Positions 59,983 through 64,000 of a stretch of DNA of 64,000 nt are shown here, in pieces. Made by a program: the position numbers and the translations under genes. Positions within the stretch are counted from its first letter, which is position 1. The number at the start of each line of letters is the position of its first letter. Below the pieces are notes generated by a model. That model made no database searches, was not told where the DNA came from, and saw only the letters and a program-made list of their open reading frames with translations. Source of the stretch: Vicinamibacteria bacterium (lineage in GTDB: Bacteria > Acidobacteriota > Vicinamibacteria > Marinacidobacterales > Marinacidobacteraceae); the NCBI GenBank assembly GCA_963555995.3, contig OY821641.1, forward strand, positions 3,136,001-3,200,000, read 5' to 3'.

Positions 59983-60146
59983 TGGGAGCGCCGGTCTTCA
60001 GACCGGCACGCGCTGCGCGACAGCGCAGCGCACGGCACAACGCTTCCGCACGTGATGGCGCCCGGCTCTCGGATCATCACCTTGAACACCGGCACGACAT
60101 CCGCAGGCCTCCGGCCCGCGGTGCCGGTCTGAAGACCGGCGCTCCC
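59983..60146. repeat. Inverted REP doublet
   Basis: Core related to the REP-flanked segments near 7139-7300 and 28640-28805. Confidence 0.75.
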
Positions 60147-60309
60147 AGCCGGCGGCGCAACCTGCGCTAACGGACGTCTCGGCGAGACTGCATTTTCACA
60201 GCAACTGGCCGGCGCTCCCGGCCGGCGGCGCAACTTGCGCTGGTTGACGTTTCGCCGAAACCGCATTCTCACAGCAAACCCGATGTCGTCAAGACGCCGG
60301 CGTTCTTCG

Positions 60310-61010
60310 TCAGGACTCTTCGGTGTTCCGGAGCCGGTTCAGGAAGTCGTCCACGCTCCCGGCGGTGAAGGCGGCCGCGGCCACCGCCGTCCGCGAGGCC
60401 CGTGCGAGCACCGTTCGGTCCGCAGCGGGCAGATCCGCCGGGAAGGCCGGGGAAACTGCGAAGCCGCGGCGCCGTAACCACTCGCCCGCCATCGCCGCGC
60501 GCTCCTTCGCACGCGCCTCGGCGCGCTGCTCCCGCAGCAACGGGTCGTCGTCCGGATCGGTTCCCTCCCGCCGCCCGAGTTCCCGACCGACCCGGGACGC
60601 CACCGCCACCATCTCCGGCGACGGCGTCCGCTCGTTCAGCACCCGGTGCGCCTCCTCCGCCGTGAGGCTCGGGAACGCCCGGCTCTCCCCGCTCTCCCGG
60701 TACTCCCCATCCTCCAGCAGGTAAATCGTCAACCCCGGCCGCAACCCCCGGGGACGAACTGGCGCATGCGCGTCTGGAACCTCCACCCACAACTCCGGAA
60801 AACCCCAGTCCGCGTACACCAGCAGCTTGTTCCGCCGCACGTCCGTCGTGTCGTCCACCTCCAGCACCACGTCCGGGTGCTCCTGCGGCGCTCCCCATAC
60901 GTACCTCGATCCGATCCGGTCCTGCCGCTGCGGATCCAGGAACACCATCTCGTCCGAGTGCATCACCCGCACCAGCTCCCGGTCCGCGTCGAGCAGGCGC
61001 AACCCCGCCG
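60310..61010 (-). pseudogene. Uma2-family paralog with its 5' end replaced by REP sequence
   Basis: PDVVLEVDDTTDVRRNKL...GTDPDDDPLLREQRAE; homology stops at the REP near 61020. Confidence 0.65.
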
Positions 61011-61487
61011 CACCCCTCGGAGCGCCAGCCTCCGGCTGGCATCGCGCGGGAGCGCGAAACCCGCGCTGATGGCGCTTCTCGACGTGAACCAGGAACCCGC
61101 GTCCGGCCTGTTTCGGGCAGCGTTGCGCCGTTCCCGCTTGGAACCACGCCATAGGGGTCGGTGGCGATGCGTGTTTCGCTCCCCTGCGGGGAGCGATGCC
61201 GGCCGGAGGCCGGCGCTCCGAACCCCAGCCGTCTCCGCCCTTTTCATGCCCGGCGGGGTGCGCACCAGGACCGATCGAGAGGGTTCCGCTGCTGCCCCGT
61301 TCGCCATCCCCGGAGCCCAGGCCCGGGCGGCCGGCGGTCTGCCGAGCGGCACACCACGCCTTCCCGGGGTGTCGGGTTCCGTCGCGCTTCCAAGGCAGAA
61401 TCCCCACCACGGTCAAGCCCACGGATGAGCCCGCCGCTTCCGCTCCCCGCCGCCCCCGCTCGCGGGTACCCTCCCCACGGGGACCGC

Positions 61488-62636
61488 ATGGACGCCATCT
61501 ACCTCGACTACAACGGGTCCGCCCCGCTGGACCCCCGCGTCGCCGAGGTCATGGTCCGCGCCCTCACCGACGGGCTGGGGAACGCCGCCTCCGCCCACCG
61601 CTTCGGGCTCCGGCAGGCGGCGGCGGCCGACGAGGCCCGCGAGCACGTCGCCGCCATGGTCGGAGGCCGCCCCTCGGGGGTCATCTTCACCTCGGGAGCC
61701 ACCGAGGCGAACAACCTCGCGCTGCGCGGAGCCGTCGAAGGACGGCCGCCCGAACGCCCCCGAATCCTCGTCTCGGCGGTGGAGCACGCCTCCGTCTCCC
61801 GGACGGCGGCATGGCTCGGCGAGTCGGGCCAGGCCGAGGTCGGGACCCTTCCGGTGACCCCCGGCGGTTTCGTGGACCCGGACGAGGTCGGCGCGATGAT
61901 AGATTCCGATGTTCTGTTGGTATCCGTCATGGCCGCCAACAGCGAGACAGGCGTTCTCAACCCGGTGGGCGAGATCGCCGAGCGCGTCCACGCCGCCGGC
62001 GCGCTGTTCCACTGCGACGCCACCCAGTTCGCCGGACGGCTACCGTTCGACATGGAGGAGGCCGGAGCCGACCTGGTGTCCGTCAGCAGTCACAAGATCT
62101 GCGGGCCGACCGGCGCGGGCGCGCTGATCGGCGCCCGGGCCGCCCTCAAGCGGCTTCGTCCGGTGCTCCACGGCGGGGGCCACGAGCGCGGGCTCCGTTC
62201 CGGGTCGCTCAACGTCGCCGGCATCGTCGGGTTCGGGGCCGCCGCCCGGATCGCCACCGAGGAACGGACGGCCGAGCGGCGCCAGGTCGCGGGGCTCCGG
62301 GACGAACTCGTCACCCGCCTGCGGGAGCGCCTCCCCGGCGTCCACGAACTCGGGGACACCGGCCGGAGGCTGCCGAACACCGCCTGCCTCCGGTTCGCGG
62401 GGGCCGACGGCCAGGCGGTCGCCACCCGCATGGACCCGGTCGCGGTCTCCCTGGGCAGCGCGTGCCACTCCGGCTCCATCGAGCCGTCCGCGACGCTGGT
62501 GGCGATGGGGATACCCCGGGACGACGCCTTCGAGGCGGTGCGGTTCAGCGTGGGCCGGTTCACGACCACGCAGGAGATCGAGGTCGCGGTCGAGGCGGCG
62601 GTCACCGCCGTCGAGTTCGTCCGGGAGATGATGTAG
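61488..62636 (+). CDS. sspA: Cysteine desulfurase (IscS/SspA-like)
   Basis: YLDYNG, FTSGATEANN, SSHKICGP, SLGSACHS; directly upstream of DUF4007. Confidence 0.85.
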   Translation: MDAIYLDYNGSAPLDPRVAEVMVRALTDGLGNAASAHRFGLRQAAAADEAREHVAAMVGGRPSGVIFTSGATEANNLALRGAVEGRPPERPRILVSAVEHASVSRTAAWLGESGQAEVGTLPVTPGGFVDPDEVGAMIDSDVLLVSVMAANSETGVLNPVGEIAERVHAAGALFHCDATQFAGRLPFDMEEAGADLVSVSSHKICGPTGAGALIGARAALKRLRPVLHGGGHERGLRSGSLNVAGIVGFGAAARIATEERTAERRQVAGLRDELVTRLRERLPGVHELGDTGRRLPNTACLRFAGADGQAVATRMDPVAVSLGSACHSGSIEPSATLVAMGIPRDDAFEAVRFSVGRFTTTQEIEVAVEAAVTAVEFVREMM

Positions 62637-62646
62637 GGGAGAACCG

Positions 62647-63576
62647 ATGCGACTGACCGACGCCGCGGAGCGCTCCTTCGCCCGCCACGAGACTTTCCAC
62701 CCGCGCTACGGCTGGTTCCGGAAGGCGTACCGGTCAGTGGCCGAGGATCCGCACGTCTTCGACTATGAGGACGCGCCAGTCCGTATCGGGGTCGGAAAGA
62801 ACATGGTCCGCGCGATCCGGTTCTGGGGGCTTGCCGCCGGCCTGATCACCAACACGTCCGAACACCGCCGCCGGAAGCGTCTGAAACCGACGCCCTTCGG
62901 GGAGCAGCTCTTCGGCGAATCAGGGTGGGATCCGTGGATGGAAGACCCCGGAACCCTCTGGCTGATCCACTGGCGGCTCCTGCGAAAGCATTGCCTACTA
63001 CCGGTCTGGTGGCTCGCCTTCAACGAGTTCCACCCCATCGAGTTCACCGACGACACCCTCGAAGACGTGGTCGTCCACCAGATCGAAGGAACATCCGGTT
63101 GGAAGTCCCCGCACCCCTCATCACTGAAGAAGGACGTGAGCGCGCTGCTCCGCACCTACGCGCCACAGGACCGGAAGAAACGCAGCGGCACTGACGATGC
63201 GCTGGACTGCCCGCTTCGCGAACTCGGCCTGATCCGCCGCGCCGCAAACCCCGGCCGGTACCGCTTCATCCTCGGCGAGAAGCCACATCTGCCGTCCGCG
63301 GTCGCTACGGCCGCCGCGCTGGAGTTCGCGGGCTTGACCGGCGGCGCAGGAAACACAATCGCGGTCTCGCGCTTGGTCCACGAACCGGGCTCGCCAGGCA
63401 AGGCATTCAAGCTCAACGAGGCAGAATTGCTCGCGGCCCTCGAACCCACAGTTCAGCGACAAAGCATTATCGGGCTGACCTCCAGTACCGGCGCGCACGT
63501 CCTCTCCTGGTCCGGAGCCCCGGACGATCTCGCGGGCACTGTCCTCGCCGACTACTACGGCTCGGAGGGTCCCTGA
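62647..63576 (+). CDS. sspB: DUF4007 protein (SspB-like)
   Basis: FARHETFHPRYGWFRK, GVGKNMVRAIRFW, DPWMEDPGTLWLIHW. Confidence 0.85.
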   Translation: MRLTDAAERSFARHETFHPRYGWFRKAYRSVAEDPHVFDYEDAPVRIGVGKNMVRAIRFWGLAAGLITNTSEHRRRKRLKPTPFGEQLFGESGWDPWMEDPGTLWLIHWRLLRKHCLLPVWWLAFNEFHPIEFTDDTLEDVVVHQIEGTSGWKSPHPSSLKKDVSALLRTYAPQDRKKRSGTDDALDCPLRELGLIRRAANPGRYRFILGEKPHLPSAVATAAALEFAGLTGGAGNTIAVSRLVHEPGSPGKAFKLNEAELLAALEPTVQRQSIIGLTSSTGAHVLSWSGAPDDLAGTVLADYYGSEGP

Positions 63577-64000
63577 TGCCTACGCTCGCCGATTCCGTCT
63601 CGGTACGGACCCGGTTCGCCCGCTCGGCGAACCTGGAACGCGACTCGGGCCGGTCGGAACCCTTCGACGGCTACATCGTCACCGGCAGGGCGCTCGACAT
63701 GATCGAGCGGCTGACGAGCGCGGCGCTCGCGGGGAGGGCCGGCGGAGCGTGGTCCGTAACCGGCCCTCACGGTTCGGGCAAGTCCTCTCTTGCCCTTCTC
63801 CTTGATGCCGCGTTCGGCCCCGGCAAGCGCCTCCGAAGTACCGCTCTGGACCTGATCGCCGACGCATCCCCGGCGGCGGCAGAAGCCATTCAGGACGCGC
63901 ACCGACGCCACAGCACACGTCGGAAAGGCTTCCAGCGCGGCCTAGTCACCGCGCAGCGGGAACCGATCGCCCGGACGTTGCTGCAAGGACTCCACGCCGC
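63576..64000 (+). CDS. sspC: Large P-loop ATPase (SspC-like), partial
   Basis: Manual read from the overlapping ATG: RFARSANLERD...AWSVTGPHGSGKSS. Confidence 0.8.
   Translation, partial: MPTLADSVSVRTRFARSANLERDSGRSEPFDGYIVTGRALDMIERLTSAALAGRAGGAWSVTGPHGSGKSSLALLLDAAFGPGKRLRSTALDLIADASPAAAEAIQDAHRRHSTRRKGFQRGLVTAQREPIARTLLQGLHA

Noticed and set aside
59801-60040. ORF with SDGS repeats
   Set aside because: It is a translation of the REP and the repeat array; 32-bp spacings break the frame.

Overview
A very GC-rich bacterial chromosomal window; Oar-type TonB receptors, Na+-NQR and dense REP/Uma2/Fic content suggest a marine, possibly host-associated Acidobacteria-like organism (inference). Core content: TolC, a transport/catabolic operon, two tandem TonB-dependent receptors, an amidohydrolase, and a complete nqrABCDEF-apbE-nqrM set split by three insertions. 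Accessory content: a DUF4928/HNH/AAA/PLD nuclease cluster with no methylase in the window, a lower-GC AAA-ATPase + DUF6414-like pair broken by an ISL3 with ~100-bp terminal inverted repeats, SNF2 plus three SWIM units, several toxin-less antitoxins, an AbiEii-type gene split by a 179-bp MITE, and the start of an sspABC phosphorothioation operon. The most unusual signal is a set of non-coding, near-helically phased repeat arrays next to winged-helix-bearing genes. The clearest is 12 copies of AGCTACCGTCA upstream of an amphipathic/Pro-rich/wHTH protein; both Fic genes have their own distinct arrays. A fused aminotransferase also shows complementary loss of active-site residues. Family assignments come from motif recognition by eye, not database searches.
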